NCBI RefSeq assembly: GCF_006345805.1
Contig: NC_043021.1
Coordinates: 10,478,001-10,542,000, forward strand
DNA length: 64,000 nucleotides
Direction: 5' to 3'
Origin: Octopus sinensis
Taxonomy: Eukaryota
In this document: positions 49,975 to 61,566 of the stretch, one piece after another
How the letters are laid out: each line of letters opens with the position of its first letter
How positions within the stretch are numbered: position 1 is the stretch's first letter
The notes under the pieces: model-generated
The model's database searches: none
What the model saw: only the letters and a program-made list of their open reading frames with translations
Told to the model about the DNA's origin: nothing
Position numbers and translations under genes: made by a program

Positions 49975-50352
49975 CACTTCATCGGTTACGACGACGAGGG
50001 TTCCGGTTGATCCGATCAACGGAACAGCCTGCTCGTGAAATTAACGTGTAAGTGGCTGAGCATTCCACAGACACGTGTACCCTGAACGTAGTTCTCAGGG
50101 ATATTCAGCATGACACAGAGAATGACAAGGCCGGCCCTTTGAAATACAGGTACAACAGAAACAGGAAGTAAGAGTGAGAGAAAGTTGTGGTGAAAGAGTA
50201 CAGCAGGGATCACCACCATCCCTGCCGGAGCCTGATGGAGCTTTAGGTGTTTTCGCTCAATAAACACTCACAACGCCTGGTCTGGGAATCGAAACCGCGA
50301 TCCTACAACCGCGAGTCCGCTGCCCTAACCACTGGGCCATTGCGTCTCCACA
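49975..50352 (-). mobile_element. tRNA-derived SINE (family C variant), young full-length copy
   Basis: tggcccagtggttagggc A box, ggtttcgattccc B box, CpG-rich body. Confidence 0.85.
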
Positions 50353-51129
50353 TTTGGGTTTACACTCCAGTGGCTGTGGTTAGATTTGAACTTGTGGACC
50401 ATGGAGGAAAATCATAACATTGAATCAGCTCTTCTTAACCGATTACTCATGTAATCCTTGTTGTCTTTGTTGTTCTTAACCAATTACTCATGTGGCCCAT
50501 GTAGTGCGTTTGTTTTGTGGAATTCCCTGAAAGTGTCCATGGAAACCGTTCAAAATGTGTTGGGATTGAAAGAAAAGGCGAGATGGTGGGGGAGGGGGAG
50601 GGATAAAAAAAATAAATAGGATATCTGTGAAAAAGAAATTAACGAGAAAAGAAAGGAAATAAGTTATGCATTAATGGTTGTAGATAGTTTCCAGATTTTG
50701 CTGAGATTCCTTAAAGAACACTCATCATCCAAAAGGGACGGGACATGCGGGTGTAGGGGGGGTGAGTGAAGGGTTTTTATTTTCCTGTTGCTTGGCTTCT
50801 GGCTACTGCTGATTATGACAAATGAACAGGTGAGGGGAGAGGGTTTTTAAAAAAAATTAAAAAAAAAAAAAACTAATGATTTATCTCGTGTTAATTAGTA
50901 ACGTAGCCTTCAATACAATAGGGAAGAAAATTTAGTAAGCTAAAAAAAAAAAGAAAATAGATGATTGCTAGGAAGCAACTTCCATGTTGTTTCTATTACT
51001 AAATTAAGTCAGGACTTGCTGTTTGCTGTTGACATTGTCCTCGTTCCTCCTCCTCCTGATCACAAAGCAAGTTAGCTATCGACTTTGTTTGTAAGAATGG
51101 GGAGGTTAAAAGTAAACTTAAGTCATCCA

Positions 51130-51520
51130 GACGCAGGAGTGGCTGTGTGGCAAGTAGCTTACTTACCAACCACATGATTCCGCGTTCAGACACTGGGCAA
51201 GTGTCTTCTACTATAGCCTCGGGCCGACCAAAGTCTTGTGAGTGGATTTGGTAGATGGAAACTGAAAGAAGCCCGTCATACATATGTATGTATATATATA
51301 TATGCGTTTGTGTGTCTGTGTTTGTCCCCCTAGCATTGCTTGACAACCGATGCTGGTGTGTTTATGTCCCTGTTACTTAGCGGTTCAGCAAAAGAGACCG
51401 ATAGAATAAGTACTGGGCTTATAAAAGAATAAGTCCCGGTGTCGAGTTGCTCAATTAAAGGCGGTGCTCCAGCATGGCCGCAGTCAAATGACTGAAACAA
51501 GTAAAAGAGTAAAAAGAGTA
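51130..51520 (+). mobile_element. SINE family A
   Basis: Complete architecture. Confidence 0.9.
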
Positions 51521-51606
51521 TACCTTAAAGTAAATTAAATTACCCAAAATTCATTCCCACTGCATTGTGCAAAAGTACATTTATATGCATGTAGGCATCT
51601 CGAGAG

Positions 51607-52038
51607 TCATTCAGAAATTCCATTAATAATCTTCTTGTTAGTCCACAGAATAGACAGGGATTCCTCGGAGCAGAGACGGCATCTCCTGGAAATTATATTG
51701 TATGGTTTCGTGTACCTTACTTTGGACCAATTAATGCTGTACTTCATTTTATCCTCCTTCAATTGCCATACAAACTCTGCCAAAAATGTTGAATGTCTCT
51801 TATTGATTGTCTTAAAGCTGGCAATATGGTTATGATAATGATTCTCAAATGAATCAGCCGTTTGCCCAGTGTAAACATAGAGCCTGCCTCTTGTGTGGAC
51901 AGAACATTTATATACAAGATTTGTATTCATACAGAGGTTCATGAAAGGACATTTCAATTTTTCTCTGCATGAGCATTTATCATATTTATTTGTATATAAG
52001 GCAGTCCCAACTCCATTTACTGGAGTTAGCTGTATCAT
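51607..52038 (-). mobile_element. Penelope-like element, GIY-YIG endonuclease domain
   Basis: CSC...CP....C....LVYKCSV...YTGQT...F...Y.NH..SF...ST.L...VW.LK...W...Y....RRC.LC.EE: the PLE endonuclease pattern. Confidence 0.88.
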
Positions 52039-52149
52039 CTACTGAAAATTGGTTGTTGTTGGTGTTTATCATTGCGGTTTACTTCTACTTGGTTGGTATT
52101 TAGATGGAAATGTTCACAAGATCCAGTAGGTGGTTTATTTAATATTTAC

Positions 52150-52281
52150 CGCGTTTTGCTAGTTAAGAATATCTCTACAAGAATCTCAATATTATCAGCT
52201 AATAATAAAACTTTTGAATCACATGCAACTTATAATGCAGCTCTAGCTAGGGCTGGGTACCGTGAAAATATTTTATATATA
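52150..52281 (+). mobile_element. Penelope-like element, RT C-terminal (thumb) fragment, inverted relative to the GIY-YIG part
   Basis: KNISTRISILSANNKTFESHATYNAALARAGYRENILY resembles the PLE motif SISRRISxLSSxExxFxxAxxxYxxALxxSGY. Confidence 0.7.
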
Positions 52282-52439
52282 ATAGAAGCAGGCATACACA
52301 GCACTGGTAATTCCTCCAACTGTGATACACATTGTATACCACCACAACGTCACGGTTTGAGAACTCATTCAGAGAAAGAATACAATTGTTGTGATTAATA
52401 ATAAATTCTCGTATATTCCATCTTCCGTCTTTCATTTGC

Positions 52440-52770
52440 TATGTCTGTGTGTGTGTCTGTATGTGTGTGTGTGTATATGTGTGTGTATGTATGTATGTGT
52501 CTATGTGTGTGTGTATATGTATGTCTATATATGTGTGTGTATATGTATGTGTGTGTGTGAGCGTGTGTGTATGCATATATATATATGTGTGAGTGTATGT
52601 CTGTATGCATATATATATGTATGTATGTGTGAGCGTATGTGTGTGTATGCATATATATAGATATATATGTATATATGTGTGAGCATGCATATATATATAT
52701 ATGTATATATGTGTGAGTGTATATATGTATGTGTGTGTACACATATGTATATATGTGTATATATGTGAAT
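52440..52770. repeat. (TG)/(TA) compound microsatellite
   Basis: Seen directly. Confidence 0.95.
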
Positions 52771-52964
52771 TGCATAATTGTACTTCTGAAGTGAAGCCAC
52801 ACCAACAACAACAACACCAATAACGAACAGTTGACCTAATAAACGAAGCTTAGGTATGATAGGGAAATTAGCCAAATGCTTTTTATAATTAATATCTACT
52901 TATCACTAAGTCTTTTTATTTTGATTGGTGTCTGTACCAGGATACTCTCTGAGTCATGTGCCAT

Positions 52965-53192
52965 TCTAAGAAATCTGGTGAGCTAGCAGAAGCGTTAGTG
53001 TGTCTTAGACAAAAATGCTTAGTAGGATTCTTTCCAGCTCTTTACATTTCGAGTTCAAATCCTGTTGAGGTCAAGTTTTTCATTTATCCTTTTTGTGGGT
53101 TGATAAAGCACCAGTCAAGCACCGAGGTTGATGTAGTCAACTAACCCCATCATCCTCTAAAATTGCTGGCCTTGTTCCAAAATTTGGAATCT
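52965..53192 (+). mobile_element. SINE family B, diverged
   Basis: ggtgagctagcagaagcgttag head; gagttcaaatcc. Confidence 0.7.
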
Positions 53193-53194
53193 GT

Positions 53195-53215
53195 ATTATT
53201 ATTATTATTATTATT

Positions 53216-53267
<52 letters not shown>

Positions 53268-53321
53268 CCACCACCACCACCACCACCACCACCTCCTCCT
53301 CCTCCTCCTCCTCCTCTTCCT
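53195..53321. repeat. Compound triplet repeat (ATT)n(ATC)n(ACC)n(TCC)n
   Basis: Seen directly. Confidence 0.97.
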
Positions 53322-53630
53322 TAGCGAAGGCATTGTTTTCAGTCACGTTTGTTTGTCTGTGGACAAGATATCTTAAGAACTGCTGGATTGATTCGGATGA
53401 AACTTCCAGAGATGTTTGGCCTTGTGACTGGCACAAACTGATTAGATTTTGGGATCAATCTGGTACTGGACAAGGATTCTGGATTATTTTTCCTGTTTCT
53501 TTACTTAATTTTTGAGAGCGGTGGGGTTCAATTTTAGTATTCTCGTTTGTGAGAGCAATCGAGTTTATTTCAGATATTCTCATTTTAAAAATCATCTCTG
53601 GCTAATTGTTGAGAGGATGTTGGTGTTGCT
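53322..53630 (+). mobile_element. Helentron-associated (HINE/DINE-1-like) element
   Basis: gaaggc..ttgttttcag..gtttgtttgtctgt..gatgaaactt; homologous to 56000-56350. Confidence 0.7.
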
Positions 53631-53746
53631 GTTATTATTATTTCACTTCTCAGAGCTCTTGATTTCAGTTTCTCCTGTTAATTCTGTAAGAGAGGACAAC
53701 AACCTATTTCCAAGGATCTCTCAGGGTGTCTTTCCATGATACTTAA

Positions 53747-54266
53747 CCCCTTGACGCCAGTATTATCCAAAGCATGCGAGACATTGCTCCGGTTTTTTTT
53801 ATCTAATGAGGCCACAAACACACAAGTGCCAACAAGCTTGCATCTATTTACCTTCACTGTTACAATAACATAGCGTCATACATTTACGTCTACCGGTTTA
53901 TAAAAACAAACTATGTGAAGCTGTTTATCATAATATGATATGCACAAGTTATTCTGCTCAAGTTCAAAACATAGCTTGCGTGTGGTACAACTCAAAACAC
54001 GGTATTATGCATGTAAAGTATCTGCATGTCATTGGTCTATTGCTAGTCTCATGACTTGAATGTAACCTAAAATAGCTAAGATAATGCACAGGATGGCGAG
54101 CGCGCGCACCTAAAGAGGTAAAGTACACGATAGCGAACGTAAACATACATCAGCCGTTAAAACGTCCATGATAGATCTAGGGCAGCTCTACATTGTATAT
54201 TTCCATTAAACGCGGATAGGCAAGCAAAAGTGTGATCACATATTTGCGTCAACTGTTGTCAAGGGG
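53747..54266. mobile_element. piggyBac-type non-autonomous element (MITE C), 520 bp
   Basis: TTAA|ccccttgac ... gtcaagggg|TTAA. Confidence 0.88.
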
Positions 54267-55120
54267 TTAACACCCAAATACCAATCTCAAAATCTTCACT
54301 ACCCTCAGTAAAGCAGTTTTCTGAGCATGTTCTACCTTCACGTCAATCTTAGTTTCTCCAACAAATTCTTCAAGCCTGATTGTTAACGCATCCAGTGCCC
54401 CTAAAAACCACTGGTTTGACAGTTACTCTCTTCATTAGTAAGTCTTGCTTTTCAGTCTTTTCCAGCTCTTTGTCCCCCCACTCAGGTACCCCCCAGGTAT
54501 GGCAATATCTGTGAGCTCGGTTTCCTTCCTTCTATCCACCACAACAATGTCTGGTCTCTGAGCATCAATCACAGAGTCACACTCGATTGTAAAACCCCTT
54601 AAGATCTTATACTCATTTTTCTCAGTAATGCCTTCTGCTTTCTGCTCATACCATTTCCGTGTTCTTCACGACCGTACTTCTCGCACAATCTCCAGTGAAC
54701 AAACTTAGCTACATTATCACGCTTCCTTTTGTATTCCTTTAGGGCCAGTCTGCTACACTCACTCACAAAATGTGATATTGTTTTGTTTTTGCTGCCACAC
54801 AACCTACAAAGGGCCAATTCACTGCTCATCTATTTGGAACCTGGTGTAATTAGTCCTCAGAGCTAGTTCCCGGGCACTGCATATCCAATGCCTCAGTGCA
54901 TCCTTTCAGATCAATTTTCCTGAGCCACCTCCAGTTGTTGGTCTTGTCTTTTCCTTCCATTTCTCTGAGGTATTTCCCATGTATAGTTTTCATTTCCCTG
55001 TTGTTTAATCTTTCTTCTCCATCTTGCTTCTCAAATGTTTTTGGGTGTGTCACATTTTCACAAGGTATCGTATTGCTATTTCTAACAGTAAAAAGCAAAA
55101 AGTTCAGCTGTTTGACGTAC
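54267..55120 (-). mobile_element. 5'-truncated R4/Dong-like (restriction-like endonuclease) LINE; 3' UTR continues at ~53690-53742
   Basis: HGKYLR..W.WL...LK..TEAL; CRLC...TISH..SEC..LA..EYKR..DNVA..VHW.LC; RPDIVVVD..TDIAIPG; ...ILRLVFGC*. Confidence 0.85.
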
Positions 55121-55159
<39 letters not shown>

Positions 55160-55965
55160 GTTGCTAACGGCTTTGCCATTCATCCTTTCGGGGTCACTGA
55201 AATAAGTACCAGTTCAGCATCAAGGTCAATGTAATTAACAAACTTCCTCCCCCAAAATTTCAGGCTTTGTGTCTGTAGAAAGGATAATAATAATAATAAT
55301 GATAATGATAGATAATAATAATCCTTTCTACTATAGGCATGAGACCAGAAATGTTGGGGGAGGGGACCAGTTGATTATATTGACCCCAGTATTTCACTGG
55401 TTCTTAATTTATCAATCCCAAAAGGATGAAAGGCAAAGTCGACCATGGCAAAATTTGAACTCAGAACATACAGGTGGATGGAATGTCACTAAGCATTTTT
55501 GTCTGACATGCTCATGATTCTGCCAACTTGCTTTCTTATAATAATAATAATAATAATGATGATGATTTCAAATTTTGACACAGGGGCAGCAACTTTATGG
55601 GAGGGAATGAGTTGCTTACATCGACCCCAGTGTTCAACTGGTATTTATTTTATCGATCCCTGAAGGATGAAAGGTAAAGTCGATCTCAGCAGAATTTGAA
55701 CTCGGAACATAGTGATGGGTGAAATACCACTAAGCAATTTGTTCAGTGCATAATAATAATTCTTTCTACTACAGGCACAGAACCTGATATTTTGGGGAGG
55801 GGGCTAGTCGATTAGATTGACCTCAGATACTTAATTTATTGACCCTGAATGGATGAAAGACAAACTCAGCTTCAGCGGAATTTGAACTCAGAAAGTAGCA
55901 GCAGATGAAATACCGCTAAGTATTTCGTCTGGTGTGCTAATGGTTCTGCCAGCTCACCGCCTTAA
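55160..55965. mobile_element. Cluster of four SINE family B copies with (AAT)n spacers
   Basis: Plus at 55160; minus at 55322, 55565, 55758. Confidence 0.8.
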
Positions 55966-55999
55966 TCATAATAATAATAATAATAATAATAATGATGAT

Positions 56000-56350
56000 G
56001 AGCACTCAGAGCACAAACTTCTGCCAAGGCAACACCAACATCCTCTCAATGATTAGTCAGGGATGATTTTTAAAATGAGAATATCTGAAATAAACTTGAC
56101 TGCTCTCATGAACCCGAATAATCTAAAAATTGAAAAAAAAAAAAAAAAAACCGAAAAATCATCCAAAATCCTTGTCCAGTACTGGATCGATCTCAAAATC
56201 AAATCAGTTTGTGCCAGTCATGAGGCTAAACATCCCTGAAAGTTTCATCTGAATCCATCCAGCGGCTCTTGAGATATCTTGTCCACAGACAAACAAAGAA
56301 ACAAACAAACACGGCTGAAAACAATACCTCCGCCTTCACTAAGGCAGGGG
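56000..56350 (-). mobile_element. Helentron-associated (HINE/DINE-1-like) element
   Basis: Minus strand: ttatttccctgccttagtgaaggcggaggtattgttttcag, (GTTT)n, 3' ttggcagaagtttgtgctctgagtgctc. Confidence 0.75.
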
Positions 56351-56371
56351 AAATAACAATAAAGGCAACAG

Positions 56372-56688
56372 ACAGGCAGAACTGTTAGCAGATTGGACAA
56401 AAATGCTTAGCAATGCTTCATCTGTGTTTATGTTCTGAGTTCAAATGCTGCTGAATCAACTTCGGTTTTCATCCTTTTGGGGTTGATAAAATTAGTACCA
56501 GTTGAGCACTGGGGTTGATGTAACCAGTGTGCGTACGATGGGCTTCTTTCATTTTCCATTCACCAAATCCACTCACAAGGCTATCTATCATAGAAGACAA
56601 TTGCTCCCCAAGGCACCCCGTAGTGAGACTGAACCTGGAATCATGTGGTCGGGAAGCAGACTTCTTACCACACAGCCATGCCTGTACC
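56372..56688. mobile_element. SINE B (plus, 56372-56525) followed by a SINE A fragment (minus, 56538-56688)
   Basis: Family motifs. Confidence 0.7.
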
Positions 56689-56867
56689 TATTTCTTCTTG
56701 TGAAGTTAGTTTCAACGCTTAATTAATGTGTTGCGCTAATGTGAAAGCTAATTAGAAATAATTATACAGCGAAAAAAAAGATAAAAATGGTTAATGACTC
56801 AGATTATTTTAATTATTAGTAGGAAAAAGCTGCCCGCTGGATGATTTCTCTGTTAGTCATTGTAACA

Positions 56868-57470
56868 GCTTACATTGTCAAGAAGGCCGAGGGTGTCTTG
56901 GCATCACTCAGCAAGACTTTTGTTAGCCGCTCTCCAGCCATCTATTTAAAACTGTATACAGCTATGGTACGACCACACTTGGAATTCGCATCAGTTTGGA
57001 ACCCCTATCTTGCTCAGAACATTGACCTCCTGGAATCTGTTCAGAGACGTGCAACCAGACGCATACCCTCCATCAGACACCTACCATATTCTGAGCGCCT
57101 TGTTTCCCTGGGCATGGATTCACTGAAGCTCTGGCGTCTGGCGACGGACTTGGTAAACACCCACAAAGTTGTCAACCACCTCACCAATAACAACACTGAA
57201 CACCTTTTTGATCTCCATGTGTCTAACACACGTGGACATGCCTACAAAGTCAGAAAACAACACAGCTCCCATGACTTTCGGAAACATTTCTTCACACTCA
57301 GAGTTGCTGAAGCATGGAATAAACTGCCTGCATCAGTTGTTGATTGCCATGACACTGCATCCTTTAAGGCCCTCATGCTTTCCGAAATCCGTCGAAACTA
57401 CACCTGATTATATATACACTTTCGATGAGTTGTAGTGCACCTGAGCACTGTACACAATGTTTATTATTAT
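56868..57470 (+). mobile_element. 5'-truncated CR1-group LINE with an open ORF2 C-terminus
   Basis: LYTAMVRPHLEFAS.VWNPY...LESVQRRATR...YSERL...TRGH..K...RKHFFT.RV..AWNKLP; (TTA)n tail. Confidence 0.9.
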
Positions 57471-57839
57471 TATCTATGTGGGGCTTCATTTTAGAGTGAA
57501 TCCCACCCTGTTGTAAGATTCATTCCAGCTTCTTGCACTCTGGGTTCAAATCCTGCTGAGGTCAACTTTACCTTTCATCTGTCCAGGGTTGATAAGGAGT
57601 CTCTTTGGCAGTGGACTGGTGGAATCATTAGAACATCAGATGTTCTGTCTCTGGATTCTGAGTTTAAATTCCTTGTGTTAAAGAAGATATGTCATGCTAA
57701 GTGAAATCGTCATTGTGACCTGTGCTGGTGACTTGTAAACGTCACCCCTGTCGGTGACACATAAAAGGCACCCATGCTGGTAACATGTTAAAGGTACCCA
57801 TTGCTAGTGACATATTAAAGACACCTGTGCTAGTGACAG

Positions 57840-57975
57840 GACAGTTGTGTGGTATGGTGCAGAGTCCTGTTGCCAGACATAGGGTGTTCCAGTAGCCATC
57901 TTCTTGACCCTGAGCAGTACAACCTCCCCCAGACACTTGATGTAGGCCTCCGTGTTGAGTCTGAGGCCGTGTGGG
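57840..57975 (-). mobile_element. Tc1/mariner-superfamily transposase fragment
   Basis: FPHGLRLNTEAYIKCL.EVVL.....PYVWQQDSAPYHT, including the second catalytic Asp motif QQDSAP. Confidence 0.75.
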
Positions 57976-58224
57976 AATTGTCTGTCGGCAAATTGTCTGT
58001 TGGCGAATTGTCTGCACATGCTTCAACATAGCCACAGTCCAGTAATTGAAACAATTAGAAGAATAAAAGAATACAATTCATATTAGTTTAGTTTGATCAT
58101 CCTCCCGGATGCTTCAATGCTTTCACATAAGCACACCATCCATAACGGTACCCCATGCATGTTCTTAATTCGTCGACATTTGCCATTCCATTATCCTGAA
58201 GCAAGATGTCCACATAGGTTAGAC

Positions 58225-58525
58225 CAGTGCTTCCCAACCTATTTTTTCCCAGGCTCCACTGTAACCTTCCAGAAAAGTCTATGCCCCATAGGTAGTTAGA
58301 AAGAAACTTTATTTTTGATATTTTATTACAATTATTTAATACAAAAGAATCTACTGGTAACTCTTTTATTACGTACTGAGTACAAAAAAGAAGTACATTA
58401 TTGATTAAGAAAAAAAGTGAATCACTTTATTGAGAACCTTGTGCCTAGCAGCTACAGTATCATGCCCCACCGCAATTCTCCCAGGCCCCACCAGTGGGGT
58501 GAATGCCCCACATTGTGGATCACTG
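58225..58525. mobile_element. hAT (Charlie-like) MITE
   Basis: cagtgcttcccaacc ... gtggatcactg; 8-bp flanks ggttagac / ggttaaat. Confidence 0.7.
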
Positions 58526-58529
58526 GGTT

Positions 58530-58720
58530 AAATGTTTTCTGTTGTTGATTCTTCCTTCAACTGACTGCCATAAACCCAGTTGACACACTGGTTCTTCTGG
58601 GTGCCTGACACAATGACTGGCAATTCTCATTCTTCTCTGCTGGGTTTTCTCGGTAACATTAGCAACATTGTTATTAGATTTTGTCGAGTATGGAAGACAG
58701 CGTGAGACACATTTCAAATT
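58530..58720 (-). mobile_element. Decayed RTE-group LINE C-terminal fragment
   Basis: RRMRIASHCVRHPEEPVCQLGLWQ resembles RRLRLAGHCxRHxEExxxxLxLW. Confidence 0.6.
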
Positions 58721-58999
58721 TTATTAGATTTACCTACTCAACTGCATTTACCAAATTATGTTTTCTAAAAGTCAACAGATGAGTTCACTTCACTGTAATA
58801 GGTGTTGCAGGTTGGCATGGTCCATTGTTGCAAAGAGCAGCAAGAAAGTAGCACTGACCACAGATGACCAATTAGCTTATATGTTTCGATGGTTGCTGTA
58901 AGGTCAAGTTGGCACTTGTGCTCAGTCACACACACACACACATGCTCTCTCTCAAGTGTACACAAAAACATCTGCAAACACAGTGTGTATGTATGTATG

Positions 59000-60340
59000 T
59001 ACATAAAAATGTGTGTGCGTGCATTCACACATTGTGAAGATCTGTGCTAATTTGTCGATGTACGCACAAATATTAGTGCGCATATGCAAATGTGTGCTCA
59101 CGTGTTCCTCCACACACTCCTACAGACACACATCTACACTTTCACACATAACTCTGCTCTCTTATATACTTATCTCTTCACACACACTCTCACTCACTCA
59201 CTCACTATATCTACTCTAATTTATCACATAACCCTACACACACATAACAACTCTCTCATAGAACTCTACTCTTTTTTTCTCTCTTTCTCTCATATAGATC
59301 TCTACTCTTTCTTTCTCTCATATAGACCTCTCTCTCTCATTGACCTCTACTCTCACTTTCTCTCTCTCAGACTTCTATTCTCTCTTTCCTCTCACATATA
59401 GTCTACTCTCTCTTTCAGAATTCTACCCTCTCTTTCTCTCTCTCTCTCTCTCTCATATAGACCTCTACTCTCACTCATATAGACTTTTACTCTCTTTTTC
59501 ACACTCCACCATACACAAATTCTACATATACACATAACTCTACACTCTCACATATAAACTCCTGATTCCCTCACACATACATCTATATATATATATATAT
59601 ATATACATCTACACTATCACATATACTGCAACACTCTCATCAACAGACATATGCATACCATTATGTCCTCATGTGCCCCTGCGCTCTTGTGCACCTTTGC
59701 TCTCATGACCCTGCACTCTCATGTGCTCTTGTGCTTTCAATTTTCCTGTGCTCTTTTGCCCTGGCACTCTCATGTGCTCTTGCACCCTCATGATCCTGCA
59801 CTCATGTGCTCTTGTACCTTCATTTGCCCCTGTGCTTTCATTTGCCCTTGTGCTCTCATATGCTCCTGCACTCTCATAGACCCCTGCACTCGTGCTCCTG
59901 CACTCTCATGTGCTCCTGTACTCTTACATACTCCTGAGCTCACACATGCTCCTGCTTTCACCCAAACTCACCACTACACTTGTGCATACCACCACACTCA
60001 CTCTCACATACTGTCACACTCACCACTCATGGACACATATTGTCACACTCACTTATTACTGCACATAAACACACTCTTACATATGTACACACATGCTCCC
60101 ACACACATACATGCTCCCACATACACATACTTCTATGCACACTCCTACACACATACACACTCACTCATTCAAGCACACATACACTCGTACACACATGCTA
60201 CTGCATGTACTCACACACATGTTCCTACACACACACACACTTGCTTCTACACACACCCACATGCTCCTACACACACACACATACATACTCCTACATTCAC
60301 ACACGCACATTCTTTCATTAAGTACCTCCCACCCCCATCT
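59000..60340. repeat. CA/CT-rich low complexity with degenerate gtgctcttg repeats
   Basis: Seen directly. Confidence 0.9.
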
Positions 60341-60879
60341 ATGTGTGTGTTTGCTTTATAATTCAAAAACAAATCCAAACAGTTGGTTTTTTTACAGATC
60401 TTCAATCTCTAACACCACCTCATTTTTAATACATTAATAATAATAATTATTACTCTTTCGAAAGCATCATTTAATTGATATTGCTGAGATGGCAAGATTT
60501 TGTCTGGATTGGCGCCTATCTCTAAATAAGTTCTAAAGCAGAGAAATCTTTTTATTATTTTAAAAACTTTATCTTTAACAATCTTAAAACAACCCTCACC
60601 CCAAATTTAGTTAAAAATCTAATCGTATTGCTTTGGTAGATATTGTGATACCTTGCTCTAGCGGTGATTATAGTGGGGTTAGGGTAAGTTTCTTATGTTT
60701 TTTTTGCTTCGTTTCTCTTTATTTATCTGTATAAAATTTCCCCTTGACTGAATTGGTTTATGATAGTTAAAATTTTAATATCTCCTCTTATATGATTGTG
60801 TGTGCATGTATATCATGATCATCATTTAACAATCAAATTCACTGATGTGGCCGATGACAGCACCGCATGACAGGCACAT

Positions 60880-61150
60880 GTACCAGTGGAACGTTAAAAG
60901 CACCATCCGAGTGTGATCGTTGCCAGGGCTGGTGACTGGCTCCCGTGCCAGTAGCACATAAAAAGCACCATTTGAGCATGATTGTTACCAGCATCACCTT
61001 ATTGGCACTTGTGCTGGTGGCACGTAAAAAACGACATTCGAGTGAGGTTGTTGCCTGTGCTGCTGGACTGGCTGCTGTGCAGGTGGCACATAAAAAATAC
61101 CATTTGAGCATGGCCATAGCCAGTACCGCCTGATTGGCCCTCGTCCCGGT
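60880..61150 (+). mobile_element. RTE-tail hairpin-module array, 3'-truncated
   Basis: Four modules in the same order as at 38700. Confidence 0.8.
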
Positions 61151-61338
61151 TCAAGAATAATAAATTTGTATTTTACAAAAGTGTAGAATAGCCCATCAGT
61201 TTAATGAAAAATTGTTATAACTGAACGTCACAATGAACATTAATACTGATGGTGCTCCAGTATGGCCACAACCTTAGGGCCAAAACGTATAAAAGAATAT
61301 ATATATATATACTTTTTTTAAAGCAGCAGAAAATTCAA

Positions 61339-61388
61339 CAAAATCTGTTACTCTGAGTTTCTCATTGCCATTCATCAGACAGTTTTTT
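61339..61388 (-). ncRNA. Minimal type I hammerhead motif, antisense arm, stem II weakened
   Basis: Minus strand: ctgt-CTGATGA-atg gcaa tga-GAAA-ctc a gag-TA-acag. Confidence 0.5.
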
Positions 61389-61392
61389 CTAG

Positions 61393-61442
61393 CAAAAACT
61401 GTCTGATGAACGGCAACGAGAAACTCAGAGTAACAGATTTTG
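61393..61442 (+). ncRNA. Minimal type I hammerhead ribozyme motif (Penelope-type)
   Basis: CUGAUGA 61403-61409; stem II CG-GCAA-CG with an A.A pair at its base; GAAA 61420-61423; stem III ACUC-A-GAGU; GUA site at 61430-61432; stem I ctgt/acag plus caaaa/ttttg. Confidence 0.7.
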
Positions 61443-61566
61443 TTGAATTTTCTGCTGCTTTAAATAAAGCATATTACTCTACCACTGGTATTTGAGTACT
61501 CTTTTTTCCACCTTGTTTCACATTTATGTGTTTACTCCGGTATATATATATATATATATATATATA

